Source: Paecilomyces variotii
Taxonomy: Eukaryota
Length of the DNA: 64,000 bases
Assembly: GCA_004022145.1 (NCBI GenBank)
Contig: RCNU01000007.1
Direction: 5' to 3' (one strand)
The notes below the pieces were generated by a model, which was given only the letters and a program-made list of their open reading frames with translations, was not told where the DNA came from and ran no database searches. Position numbers and translations under genes: made by a program. Shown here piece by piece: positions 50,916 to 63,615 of this stretch (position 1 is its first letter; every line of letters starts with the position of its first letter).

Positions 50916-52073
50916 ACGCCTAGTCCCCCACTTGGACATCTGGCACACGGGTTTGGATTACCAGGGACTATTCATATTGTATTGCATCATATTCCCCCCT
51001 TCTCACGGTTTAGTTTCACAGGAATCTGGCTAGCTGGCGTTATCTGGGCGGAGTTGAGAGGATCTCTTGCCTGGCGGCAATAGCGGGGAGTATAGGCAGG
51101 CACATTCGTCATGCCGCGATCGGCCGGTTGGGATCCGGCGACAACTTGGATGCTCAAGATCTATGATCAAACTGCTTCGCTCACTCGTCTTCCGGCTACT
51201 GGCTTCAACCTTTGACATCGGAGTTCTGCAACCTATCACATTTCCTAAGCGAGTCAATGGCTCTGCACGAGCACCATCTAGCATTGGTTTTTGGTCTTTC
51301 CCGGACTTCATACATGATACTTCCTGTCATTTACTTTACGGACCTATTCTAGAATAACAAATTAGTATAAGATATATATAAAACGAGACTCCACGCAATC
51401 ATACCCAATTCTAGACATTGCTCTAGATTGTGCAGGATATGGTGATAACGGGACGTCAAAAATCGTGTCTTGTTCATATCCGCAACATGTTCTAGTATAC
51501 TGGTTGGAAATCGCATTCATTGGTATCTATAAGAAACATCTGCCAGAGCCCCGTCTACCGACCAGCCGGCATACCATGCATATCAAAAAAGAAGGTTAAA
51601 CTAGAGGCAGAAAGTGATGACAAAGGGGAATAAGAAAATATGGAAGCAATGGATGGAAGAGTCACGGGCGGCCTATAATAAATACAGATCTGACCCTATT
51701 CCGAAATGAATTGTCGAGAGTAGACGCGGATGCTAAAACTGAAACTGAGAAAGAGTGCTACGCGAACAAAAATGCTGAAACCCGGTCACAAGACAGTACT
51801 TAAGGAAAAGCGTAAAGAAAGTGATGTCTGATGAAGGATTTCCTGCCAACCTCAGATCTGTCCAAAGCAAAGGAAAAACAAAGAGGAATGGGGTATGATA
51901 GCGGGTAGTAAGGATCTGCCTCATTCTGGGATATGACCCCAAAGCCAACCCTGACGATCAACGTGCTCAATATGTCCAGTCATAGAGCATATAGGTTGTG
52001 TGTGCAGAAAGTGAAGACGGATGGATGCTGACTTTCCACGGGAGGAGTTCGGAAGATGAAAACTTCGTGCACT

Positions 52074-52791
52074 CTAGGTGACCTTCAACACGCCGAATAC
52101 ATCACCCCCATTGCCCGCGGTTTCGAATCCTCGAGATTTCTTTCCTTTCCGTGTTGGGATAACTACTTCACCCCAGTGCTTCGGTACGGGAGCGACCTGC
52201 TTCTGCGCTGGAATCACCGCCGCATCGTCTCCAGTGCCTGGACATGATGAACCTCCTGTAGATCTCACACTGCCTGTCTCGCCGCTTGCTGCTCGGGATG
52301 ACGTACTAGGAAGGGCTGCTCGTGGCTGGAGATGTGGTTGAGGTTGGAGAGCCCAGATGTCAACGACAGCACTAGAGAGGGTCGGGAAGTTAATGATGGT
52401 TCCAGTATTAAAATGGGCCTTCTTGAAGTGAAGGCAGATGTAAGAACTACTCACTCTGATGTCCGTTGACATATCGCCTCGAGAGCTTCTCGCTCGCGCT
52501 TGAGGTCTTCTGGGTCAGGCTGGTAGAGGTGGTGGGCCTGGTTTAGTGCGCCGTAGCCATATCCTGGCTGATAAAGCTCATCGTCTAGAAGCCGAGCTGC
52601 CTCGGACTGTATCACCAGAAGTCAGCTGCGTTGCTATCGAAGAATTGTACGGAACGATTCGAATTCGCTGATACGAGAAGATCATATCCTTCATCATCAT
52701 AACAGCCATCCAAAAGGAATGTTGGGAAAGTCGCACTCACATCATGGCTTTCTCGGCGACCGAGGCCAAGGCAAGATGCGCACACGCCCAT
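52074..52791 (-). CDS. LAMTOR1/Ego1(Meh1)-like vacuolar anchor protein
   Basis: Exons 52791-52741, 52606-52455 and 52371-52074. N-terminus MGVCASCLG (Gly2 plus two Cys, an acylation signature), acidic dileucine EAARLL, and EREALEAICQRTSDAVVDI. Confidence 0.75.
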
Positions 52792-53378
52792 CTATGCCAC
52801 TGGTTGCTTGGTGGGCACGTCTGTTTGCGACTCTTTCAAGGCGACGAACGACAGTTAGGAACGCGGCAATCGGGATTGAAATTGTTCCTTTTCGATCCGT
52901 TTCAGCGGTAGACCCATGGAGTATTTCGGCGATTGGCGCAGTGCCAGAAGAGCTATCGGGTTGAGAGGGACATCCACGAGAGATGTCTGCTCACAATCGA
53001 GATGGACAGTTGCGTTAGTTACGGATGATGAGATGGGCTGGGACTGGCCCGTGCGTTGCGTCCGGAGTTCCTATCATTGAGCGCACGCACTTTCATATAT
53101 CCACGTCCAATACCTCGGTATCCTCGCCAGAAATTAACACCGAGCATTTACCTCCGAGAATTGGGACGTGGCCGCAACGGCTCGAAACCCGTGTCGATAG
53201 CCCAGTGATTTTAGACCTCAGATCAAGCTTGATTCGGAATCCTCCGCACAGCGATCAACTCCGCAGATTGTTCCTCATGCTGTATCAACATCCGATAATT
53301 TATCAATTCGTGGGAACCGATATATAAGTTTGAGACTGGTCGCGATTTTCTTGCGACAGTGTTCCAGCTCAACACGGA

Positions 53379-54552
53379 ATGTTCGATCTTCCAGACGCAA
53401 AACGGTATGTCCCACTCCCAATAATCTGAATTTCATATGATCATCTTTGCAGTTATTATGAGACATTCATATGAGGAAAATACAGTATCCTTTCTACATA
53501 TATATTGCAAGATCCACCCAAGAGATCAAAATTCTAACTCTGCGTGTCCAGCGTCCGTCGCGATGAATTAAGCTCCCCTCCCTCTTCAGCGCTCTCATCG
53601 CCAGCACTCTCTACGAACGATGCCAACGAACGTCTGGGAAAACTCCTTCAATTCGAAATACCGCCTCTAGATGTGAATTCAACCGAGGCCCCTGGCCAAG
53701 CGGCCAACAACCCTGATCCGGTCGATGCCCCCGCCCCAGAGGAAGCAGAGCAGGAGTTTGAGTTTCGACTGTTCAGCAGCGCTCCAGCGAAGCCCAAGAC
53801 GGACGGTGCAGTTCCTGCTGGCACCAGCGCGGATACGACAGGAGATGGAAATGCAGAACGTACACAAAAGTTACGAATCAGGATCCGGTCACCGACACCT
53901 GGAGATGTGAGCGTTGGTGAAGGGCGATTTGTGGTTCCTTTCAGAGGATGGGAGTATTATTTCACGACCCCGACTCTCCTAGGTGGATATGGAAAAGAAG
54001 ATATTGCGCGCATTGAAGAGAGAGCTGCTGCTAAGAGGGCGGAGTTTGAGAGCATTGCCGTTAGCCAGACTCAATTATTTGAGTGGGCCAAGCAACCTTG
54101 GGTATGAACCTTCCCCGTACTGCATATTACATTTCTTCGGGATTACTTTTTCTGGAGAGTAACTGCTTCGTCTTTGGTTTCGATTAATTGACTGACTGTA
54201 TTTCTACAAGCCCGGTTGCCACCTCCCTTGGCGTGTCATCCGACTAGATCGTGCAAAGACAAAACTCCCACGTCCTTCTGCCGACCCCACCGTTATTCAA
54301 CTCGTCAATCCGAGTATCAAAGCGTCACCGAAATCGCGCAAGAAGCCAGGAAAGAAGCGTCGGCTCGTTCTGCGCAAGCGCGCCGCAGCTGCAGAGGCAG
54401 CCAAGCTTACGGAAGCAGAAAAACGCAATAAAAGAAACCGCGAAAAGAAGATCAAGAGAAGACAGAAGGCAAGGGAGCAGAAAGCGGCTTTGGCAGGTGC
54501 AGGTGATAGTACGCAGGCCAGTGTGGCTGATGGAGAGGAGAACACTACATGA
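53379..54552 (+). CDS. Conserved fungal protein, DUF2011-like, with basic C-terminus
   Basis: MFDLPDAKR|VRRDEL, EQEFEFRLFS, W|PGCHLPWRVI, KKPGKKRR and EKRNKRNREKKIKRRQK; two introns. Confidence 0.75.
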
Positions 54553-57500
54553 AGTGATTCGGACAATAGGGGTGCAGAGACCACTGAATATGCTGCGGGA
54601 ACTGCAATGACGGATCACGGTAATGATATCAAAGTTTGCTTTTCAGCTTCTAGTATAATATACCGCTATATGGCATATTTCAATAGCATACCATAGACTC
54701 CATATGGCCTTACATACATCATGTATTTCATCTGTGTCTTGAGCTGCCGCACCGAATGTTGCAGGATTGGCATCCTGAGCAGCGCTATTGATTCCGCGCA
54801 ACCCTGAGCTAATCGTAGATGTTAGAGAAAAGACTGGACCGAAAGATGCCCCATTCAGAATAAGTGGTAAGAGCTCTTGAATATCCGTACTTCCATCAGG
54901 TGCGAGTTGTCATATGCCTTGAAATAGTTGCCCTCTTGTCGTTTTGTATAAAGTCTGCCCGTAAGTATCGATGTTTTTCCTGCGAGTCGATGACCAGTGG
55001 GATTGGCTTAACAGGGGCGAAAACTTCGTTTGAAGTGTCCATAATGATGGAAGTCCTTGAATTCACAATTCAACAGTTTCCAATGGCCATTGCATTATGT
55101 GGTTCATAAATTGGAAAGTTGATTGCTTTATGAGTTAGTTGAAGAACTGAGCGCGGGTTATTCTCATCGATGACGAATGGGTTAAAATCCGCGGGTACAT
55201 CGAAATCGTGCCACAGACGATCGTTCTCCGCCTTTATCAACAGTGGCATTAGCCCACGGAAGTCCTCAATGGCATTGAAGTCCTCAGAATGAAACATGCA
55301 TTTCTTTATTGGGAAAAGATATAAACGACACCACGGCCGATTATCTTCGTCGGGAGCTTGAACCCGGCACGCTTTAATCAGAGCTCTCCGGGAGTTGGAC
55401 TGAGCTCTGCTGCCCACCGTGCCCGCGCCAGTTCTGTATACTGAAGAGGGCCCGGGGCTCAGGGGTTTTAAGCAAGCAACTAGCTGTTCGCTAGATGGAT
55501 CCGCATAACTATCTGCTTCCGTGCCATTCAGGATTTGACACATGCTGATAATGGACCACAGGTGTTTGCAGTTCTGGTGAGCCCCAGACACGGAATGATG
55601 CTTTCATAGACGTCTGCTGTGCACATTTAACAGTCTCCATGAATGCATGTCATAGTGACTTCTCCAAGGCTTCGAGATTCAGCATGTGTGAATGCAGCTC
55701 AACCGGAAAAGGCCTCGAAGAATATTTCTGAGAATGCCTGAGCGGTTATTCACCCAGTATCTGGTGAAATCCTCCTCCTATTTGACCCCGCTCGACCAGG
55801 CGAAGGGCGAGCATTCAAGTATATAGCCCGCTCTCGAGTGGCCTCGACTCTTGATTACTTTCTCATCCAGGATGGATTCATCACATCTCCAAAACGGTTT
55901 TATCCTTTTTGCAAGGTCAACTCTATTGCTTTCAATATCTCACATTATTTGTGTCTATGGTCGTTCCTTCCCATAAACTATAACTAGAATCTTTACTACA
56001 ATCTTTCGTGGCTTGGTAATCTTTTCGTTTCTCTCTCTTTTGATCACCATTTTGACAGATACCAAAGCTAAATAAACCCAATAATCCCCATACACAAACA
56101 CCTTCACCTATTTCTACCTTCTGCTTTGAATGCTCCAAATCTCAATTAGGAGATTATTATATATAATACGCCAGCATAACTTGTTATGTATTATTATCAA
56201 GCAGATTGAGTGGATATATAAGGATATCATAAAATCAAGTTCTTTACTACCGATCATGCGCCCAATAGCTCTATATAGAGTGCTATATCTACCATCATTG
56301 AAGTCAACCAGTGCCCCTTTTGCCTGGGCTTCTCGCATGGATGCCCGGAAAGCTTCAAATCCTTCCGCAGCTTCGGACCTGCAGTCTATCGAAATGTCTA
56401 TCTTTTCAATATCCCCCTATCCGTTCAATAAGGCAGTAGGTCGACGAATATGATCTCATTCCAGTGCCCGAAGTTGTCCGTAAGTGTTTATTCTGAATGC
56501 CATCTATTTCTTGTGAAGAGTCCCTAAATTCTAACTTTCCCAGTTTCCCGCATAGAAGAAATGGAATAGATCCCACAAATAAGCCGCCGGTGCGATGGCG
56601 GTTGGATATTATTCTCCATTACTGCGTTAGGCTCGAGCAGCAACGTGTTGCTGCTATCGATCCAAATAGGGCCTATTACTCCTATTATGTATAAATGCTA
56701 ACCTCCTCCTGACCGGAAAGTCGGACTATAGCATATGGCACGGAGATCATGGAATGTCGAGTTCGTCATTTAGGCCAAGATCAAACCATAAAGGTCTGCA
56801 ATCTCTTTCTACAATTTCGACCAAAGCATCAGTTATATCAGCGGTCTTTATTAACTTCTTTCTTATTTTCTCCATCGTTGCTTGTGCTCGTATTATTCCG
56901 AACTATCTAACTATAACCAGCTTCTTGAATTCCTTATTACTATTATATCTTTAGCTCTTGTGCTGATGTGCAGTTTTTGCAGATTTTAAGCTTACTATTT
57001 TTGGAGACGGAGGTATCTCGTCAATGTTTTTCCTATCTATATCTCACGAACTATCAACACTCCGAGTGAAGCCCAGAAGGTCCTGACACAGTATTTTCAG
57101 TTCGAAATTAGCAATAATCTAATTATACAAATACCTAAAAATTCGCCTAATTGTCCTATTTAATATTAATAAAGATAAGCGCGTTCTATAATTATGCTAG
57201 GAGTCACAAGATACTCGAAAGCGACTGCGAAAGCTCGTTACAAACTATGGGAATGATTTTGTCAAAAACAAGCATGGGATCAAGTCCTATGATGACACCG
57301 ACACGTGCACATGTTTTATATCGTGCTATACATTTCGTTTTCAGCTCTAACATGAGTCTTACTAAGAATATGAACTCCTAAAGGCGGGCGACTCTACTAG
57401 AAAATTTGAAAGGCCTCCTTGAAGCAAATCACTCAGTTAACACTTTTGCTAAAAGCTGGGCTGCCCTCTGGCAAGCTGATATCGGACCCCTGCGCAGGAT

Positions 57501-58829
57501 TGTAACCTGGGATTTGATTGTAGCGTCCACGGTCATTGCTAGTCCTATGTAACTAGACCTTGTTCAGATCTGCAAGTGTTCAAGGCTATGATATTTAGTG
57601 AGGGCCTGCAGTGGACAGATTCTGCAATAACGCCATCTCCTTTTGGAGAGTCAGGCTACGTCGCTCAAAATATAAGCGAATCTGGCTCCCTTAATCATCA
57701 AAAGATGCTTAAGAAGATATGTCCCTCGAGGAGTGGAAAGATGCAGAGACAAATTCCCAGACATCTCTGACCGCATGTATGTACGAGGAGTGCATGTTTC
57801 CGACCAGTGCATTCTATAGTTATCATCCCATACGCACTGGGTATATACGAGAACCGTGTGCAAGTAAGTCTCCTTTCTGTCCTTTTCTCTTTTTTTTGTA
57901 TCTCTTATTATTACAAACTTTCTGACATAAGTCTTCAGGAAGAAGATATACGCAATATCTAGACCTCACTCTTTGCGCTATTCCTGGACATACAGGATGT
58001 CATAAAGGCGGACTGGATTAACAAGCTGTTGATCAGGTGAGTACACCCAAAAGGCTAGAATTCAATATCCTTAATTAATACATTACCCTAGTGCCTGAAG
58101 AGAGACCAGCAAGCCTGCGTAATACGCACGCCGACCAGGTTGTTGTAGCTGCACACATTTTCCCGTTCAGCAGAAAATCGACAATTTTGGGCTTCTTTCA
58201 TGAGCTCTTTCTATCTTTCTTATCATGCCAGACTCACATCTAACTCGGGCCCTAAATGACCTGAGTTGGTCTATATCCTCCCTGTCCTCTAATCCGGACG
58301 TTCTGTATATCGAGGATATTGGACGCTATTTCCTCTTGCTGCTGAACCCATGTTCTTAATCTGAGAATTTTGCCATCGGAGCGGACGCACAATCCGACCA
58401 CCACAGCAATAACCTGGTTACACAGGTAAGCCATTTGCCCCAGACACATCTCGACATTGTATCTAGCGACTGATCAAACTCTCCACCACATTATATTTAC
58501 TCTCCTCCTGCTACTGAGACCAATACGCCACTTATCTATAGCAGCTATAATGAGAAAATGGCATCTCGTTTATCTACATCTCGTTTGTCGGCCGAAAGAA
58601 AGTTCCTTCCTTTTTCTGCTACAGAATTCCCTTCTATTATTACCTATCCTCCATTTACCTCCTGTCTATTCTCTGTCTGTCGTGTCCTGTCCTGTCCTCT
58701 CTGACAATATGAGGCGCTTCGCAACTACTGCCTCTGCGACCTTCCACTTGACTGCTATCCTCATCCACAGCTACTTCTTTGCTGCATTCTTGGTGCTCAT
58801 GATGGTTGATTATAACACTGAATGCCCTG

Positions 58830-58897
58830 CTCTTATTTACTCTTCGCCTGCTATCCTTGATCGCAAACCTGGAGGTGTCTCTCGATTCCGTACCAAT
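58830..58897 (+). pseudogene. Tiny Ty3/gypsy reverse-transcriptase-like fragment
   Basis: YSSPAILDRKPGGVSRFRTNY resembles the gypsy RT motif SSPVLFVxKPGGGLRFCVDY. Confidence 0.5.
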
Positions 58898-59498
58898 TAT
58901 TTATTGATGGATTTGGCCTCTACAGAAATATGTACCGCAGCCTAACAGGCGTTTATCTAATTCCAGCTTGTTTAACTGCGTCAGAAAGAGCTAAGGCAGC
59001 GAATATATTTCCGATAACACTGGGACCGCATGCCAGCAACTTTCCTGATGTAATATCGTCTCTGTCTCGACTTACAGCCCTGGATAAAGGAATCAGCATG
59101 CATCTTAATCAGCTTTTGTCCTCTCCTCTATTTTTGAGCCTTACGGCGTGAGTGAGAGCCTACGTATGGTTTTCGACGGCCAATGGACAGTAACGAACCC
59201 TCTAGCACGCCTTCCGGCTCCTAAGCTGGATATTACGATTGGTGCTTCTATATGGCAAACGGCCTATATTGACACAGCTCTCTCACTGGAGGCGCTCCTC
59301 TGCCCCGTTGTCTGCTGCCCAGAGCTTATGGTACCGACGTTTACAGTGGAAGCCAAGTGCTTCCAACATCCTGAGTATGCGGCTAGACAGAACAGGCTCA
59401 ACGGGGCCATAATGCTCCGTAACATCCAGGAGAAGAATGAGGAGGTAATGGTCAGCACCTTCTGTCTTGCATTCCTTGGAGATATGCCGCAGCAGCAG
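58898..59498 (+). pseudogene. Interrupted CACTA/Plavaka-like DDE transposase fragment
   Basis: IDGFGLYRNMYRSLTGVYLIPA..NIFPITLGPHASNF..LDKGISMHLN, an insert at 59110-59438, then EEVMVSTFCLAFLGDMPQQQ. Confidence 0.55.
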
Positions 59499-59764
59499 GT
59501 TTACCAGACGTTAGTGGCTGTCAGAGGTTTGGCTGCAAGGACATACGAGCTCTTTCCGAATAGGTCTCCAGGGACGACATACAGCTGAATCGACGAAGAT
59601 AGTGCGAACAATGTACACAGTGCATATGCTATCTGAATAAGGGCAGGTTCAACGACGACTTCTCCAGGGCCCTATGGTACTAGAGGTTCCTGCCAAACGA
59701 ACTCGCACTCTAGGGAACATATCCTCGGAAATCCAGTCCCCAAGGATCCTAGGCATTGCCTATT

Positions 59765-59862
59765 TGTACAAACTGCGAATGACTACAGCGTATCACCCCA
59801 GTGCTGAAGGGCAGTCTGAGCGGACCAATGCGACTATGGAAACCATGCTCAGATATCTCCTA
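59765..59862 (+). pseudogene. Ty3/gypsy integrase core fragment
   Basis: KLRMTTAYHPSAEGQSERTNATMETMLRYL matches the integrase motif TTAYHPQTDGQSERxN. Confidence 0.75.
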
Positions 59863-60557
59863 GTGGAACAATGTGAAGTTCATCATCTTCAACAGGTCCA
59901 ACATGCGCAAGCACGTATCGAGGAGCTACAGCAGTTCAATGTCCGACGTTCAGTCTAGCATGGAAGAGAAGTCTTTTTATTCTTTCGATGCGCGCTAACT
60001 GACTCTACAAGAATATCGTGATTGTCTTCTTGCATAAGGCATTCTCCTCCACCAGATCCGTTATTTCGGACAAAATCATCCGTCTTGCTCATTGAAGTTC
60101 GAACGGACATTTTTCCTCCGTAAATGATACAGATAACCTTTTCAGGCAAGTTTGTCTTGGTCACAAACAAATGCAAACTCTTCCTGGTTGACTAAAGTTG
60201 GGGGTATGGTGTAAAAGCGGCAAGAGATCTATACTCTTGGGCCAATAAAATGCGTATTTTCTATCCATATTGTATACTCTCGGTCCAAATGTGGGCGAAA
60301 CTCCTAAGACCAAGGCCGTACTGACGCCCCTGCCGTGGATTCTGTATAGTACGTTGAAAACTGTGGATCTAGATCGGAGGCACGAGAATGGATCAATTCT
60401 ATAGAGTCTGCAGAGTTTTCGATAGACATAAATAGGAAGATGGCATACTGTTTTTCTTTCTTGGAATTCATTCAATCTACAGGTTCGCAGTATCATACGT
60501 AGATTGAGACTACCTCGTTAACTTTATGATTGATTTCTTGAGTGAACTACCGCAATA

Positions 60558-61614
60558 ATGCCTTCCTACGCTATTACAGGTGCTAGTCGAGGACTTGGGG
60601 TAAGTTGCAAAGGGTTGAATTTCCACGTCGATACATGCTGACCATTGATCCTCTGATATAGTTCGAGTTCGTCCGCCAATTGTCCCAGACGCCAGGCAAT
60701 GTCGTTATCGGCCTGGTCCGGAACAAAGCCACAGCGGATCTAAAAGTCCAAGCACAGGGACTTCAGAACGTTCATATCATCGAAGTCGACTACACTGACC
60801 TCCCGTCTTTGAAGGTATAGGGCACCATAACAATTACCTTTTAAGAGTGCTAATAAAGAGATGCAGAAAGCGGCCGAGGAAGTAAAGGGTCTTACTGGCG
60901 GTGGTCTCGACTACCTAATCAATAACGCCGCCCTTGTATCCCATATTAGCTCTTCCAAGACATTGGCTGATTTGTATGTCGTCCTGGTCTCCAAGATGGA
61001 AAGTACACAGTCCAGATTCTAACATTTCACTCAATAACAGCGATAATGATTTCTCTACCATGGAAAAAGATCTCCGTGACAGTTTCGACATCAATGTCTT
61101 AGGCGTCATCAAGACGATTAATGCCTTCCTCCCGCTTATCAAGAAGGGAACTGTCAAGAAAGTCATCACGATATCTAGCGGAATGGCCGATCTCGAATTG
61201 ATTAACGACCTCGAGATACCTGTCGGGGCTCCATATTCTATCAGCAAGGGCGCCGTGAATGTTGCCATGGCCAAGTATAACGCTGTCTTCAAGCAAGAAG
61301 GGATACTCTTCCTTTCCATCTCACCGGGTATGGTGGCGACAGAGAGAGCAACTGAAGGTTAGTGATGGTCCTTTTGCTTGAGATTGAAGTAGTCGTTTGG
61401 AAACTAAGACAATTGCATAGAAGTTTCCGAAGAGGAGAAAGAAGGTTTTGGTAATTTGGCTGCCAAGTTCGCGGCATATGCGCCAGACTTCAAGAGGCCA
61501 CTGACGCCAGAAGAGTCCGTGAAAGCTGTACTCTCCGTGGTGGAAAAGGCTAGTGTTCAAGGTGGGTATGGAGGACAGTTTATTTCTCACCTAGGCACGA
61601 AGAAGTGGCTGTGA
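60558..61614 (+). CDS. Short-chain dehydrogenase/reductase
   Basis: MPSYAITGASRGLG|FEFVRQL, LDYLINNAA, YSISK (YxxxK) and ISPGMVAT; four introns. Confidence 0.9.
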
Positions 61615-62625
61615 AGGAACTGGTGGCTGCTAGGAAGATTGACTTTGAGGAATAAAGCCATGAAATCGAATCTCATTCTCGCCATATCAGGTCCATGTAT
61701 TTCATTCATAATGAGCTTATTTGTTGCACTGGAGGATCCAGTATGAGTAGGCGGCAATGGCTGCCGCCTTGTGTATACAGTAGTAGACCAGTTCGAAACT
61801 TAACTACCATTATTAGAATACCCTGACAAGAGCTCAGCTTATCGTTATGTTTCCTGGAAAGCTCTCGAGAGATTGGTAATTGGGTCTGAGAGACAAACAG
61901 CAGTGTATACAGGTGAAACTATTTCAACTATCATGACACATTGGCAGTCGTATGGTGCTGGAGGCTGAGATGGCACTTGACAGATCTAGACAGTATTTAC
62001 GCCAGGTGATATAAACCGCGAGCGATTTATGCATTCAGGACTAGTTGTTTTCCCGGACAGCTGCCTGGCCATCCAACCACTGCCGGAAACACGTACGGAG
62101 TAAAGATATGGCCACACGAAAAAGGGGAAGATCCTCAGTCGTTAAAGGAGAGAAAAAGCTATGACCGACCATTACAGTATTACCCAGTGCTTCCAACCTT
62201 TCTGAGTCACGTCTCAGTAGTTAGTTAGCTTTTATTTTTAGCAGTATGCCGAAGACGCATCCTATTCTTCACGGGTAGATCACATGCTCAACTGCTCGAA
62301 GAGGAGAGGCGAACATTCTCTACTGATTATGATACCACAATCAAAGGTATAAGTTGTTTCCACATGCTTTGAAAAAGAAGTCAATAGAGCCATGGTCACT
62401 TATCACCTTAACCTAGGATCATCTCACTCCCAGTAACTCGTGCCGGTTGCCTATTGACGAACTCAGTGTGCGGGTAATCCCTTCCAATTTCACTTTTCTC
62501 TCCGTTTTCCTTTTCTTTACCTTAAATAGTACCTAGAAGTCTCCCATCTTCCTTTACTACATACTTCATCCGAGTACAGAAGCATCCTTGACGAAGAATT
62601 GGTTAAACATCCGTTACAGACAAGC

Positions 62626-63615
62626 ATGGACAGCGTTAAGGTGAACGTTAACCTTCTACCGTTCGCAGACGTCCAAGATTCCATCACCAAAGCTAGGAAC
62701 GAGTGGACAGAGACGAGAAACTTTAATACGGCTCATCATACGACCGATGAGATATTAGCAGTGGTTCCGGAAGAGAACGGTCTCCGTCACGTTAAACCGA
62801 GTATCTACCCGACAAGGACTAGCCATTGGCTCGGGTTGATTGCTTCAACTCAAGGAATGAGGACATGGCATGTTTTCGAGATATCGCGCTATTTAGCAGA
62901 GGAACTCGCTTCGCTGTATCTAACGTGGTGTTCGGGCAGACATTTGGGCGATGACACTCGTCAGGAATTAAAGTCCTTGTTCCCTAAGACTACAACAGTC
63001 GGGGTTAAGGCAGAGGATGTATTTCAGGGGGATAAATGGTTCCTGCGTGTCGATTACTGCAGCGCAAAGGACAGTGAAGCGGGTCATTCTGTCGTGGAAA
63101 GTTTAGATAACCTGATTGATCGCCTATACACGTCTATGCGGGCAATCAGGGCTATTACCGATATCCTCGAAGAGGACCCTCGCGAGAAGCCAAAGATCTT
63201 TTTGATACCTTTCAATGCAGCCATGGACTGCTCGAGAGAGTGCCGCGTTTTCTGCCCACCTCACAAGAACCGCGTTGCCGCGATCTCTCAGTACCGTTGG
63301 ACTGAGCCTTTCATCTTTAGGGATGCAGCTACTGCCCAGCAAGAAGCCCACGAGATCTATTCCGCAGCGTGCATCCTGCATTCACAGATTCTCGAGCATG
63401 CCGAAAGGACAGCTGACGCTGAGACGCGCAAGAGAATACAGAACGAGGGCTTTACCTTCGATATTTTGAGGCCAACTTCGGGGGACATCCAGTTAGTGGA
63501 GATTAACCCCTTTGGCGCTATGAGTGGATGTGGAAGCTGTCTCTTCCAGTGGATCCGAGACGCTAAACTACTTTATGGGTTGAAGGAGCAAGTGGAACTG
63601 CGGTTCGCTGTTTAG
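62626..63615 (+). CDS. Cdc123/D123-like (R2K clade) ATP-grasp protein, intronless
   Basis: WFLRVDYCSAKD, ECRVFCP, AAISQY, GFTFD and LVEINPFG..GSCLFQW. Confidence 0.75.
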   Translation: MDSVKVNVNLLPFADVQDSITKARNEWTETRNFNTAHHTTDEILAVVPEENGLRHVKPSIYPTRTSHWLGLIASTQGMRTWHVFEISRYLAEELASLYLTWCSGRHLGDDTRQELKSLFPKTTTVGVKAEDVFQGDKWFLRVDYCSAKDSEAGHSVVESLDNLIDRLYTSMRAIRAITDILEEDPREKPKIFLIPFNAAMDCSRECRVFCPPHKNRVAAISQYRWTEPFIFRDAATAQQEAHEIYSAACILHSQILEHAERTADAETRKRIQNEGFTFDILRPTSGDIQLVEINPFGAMSGCGSCLFQWIRDAKLLYGLKEQVELRFAV

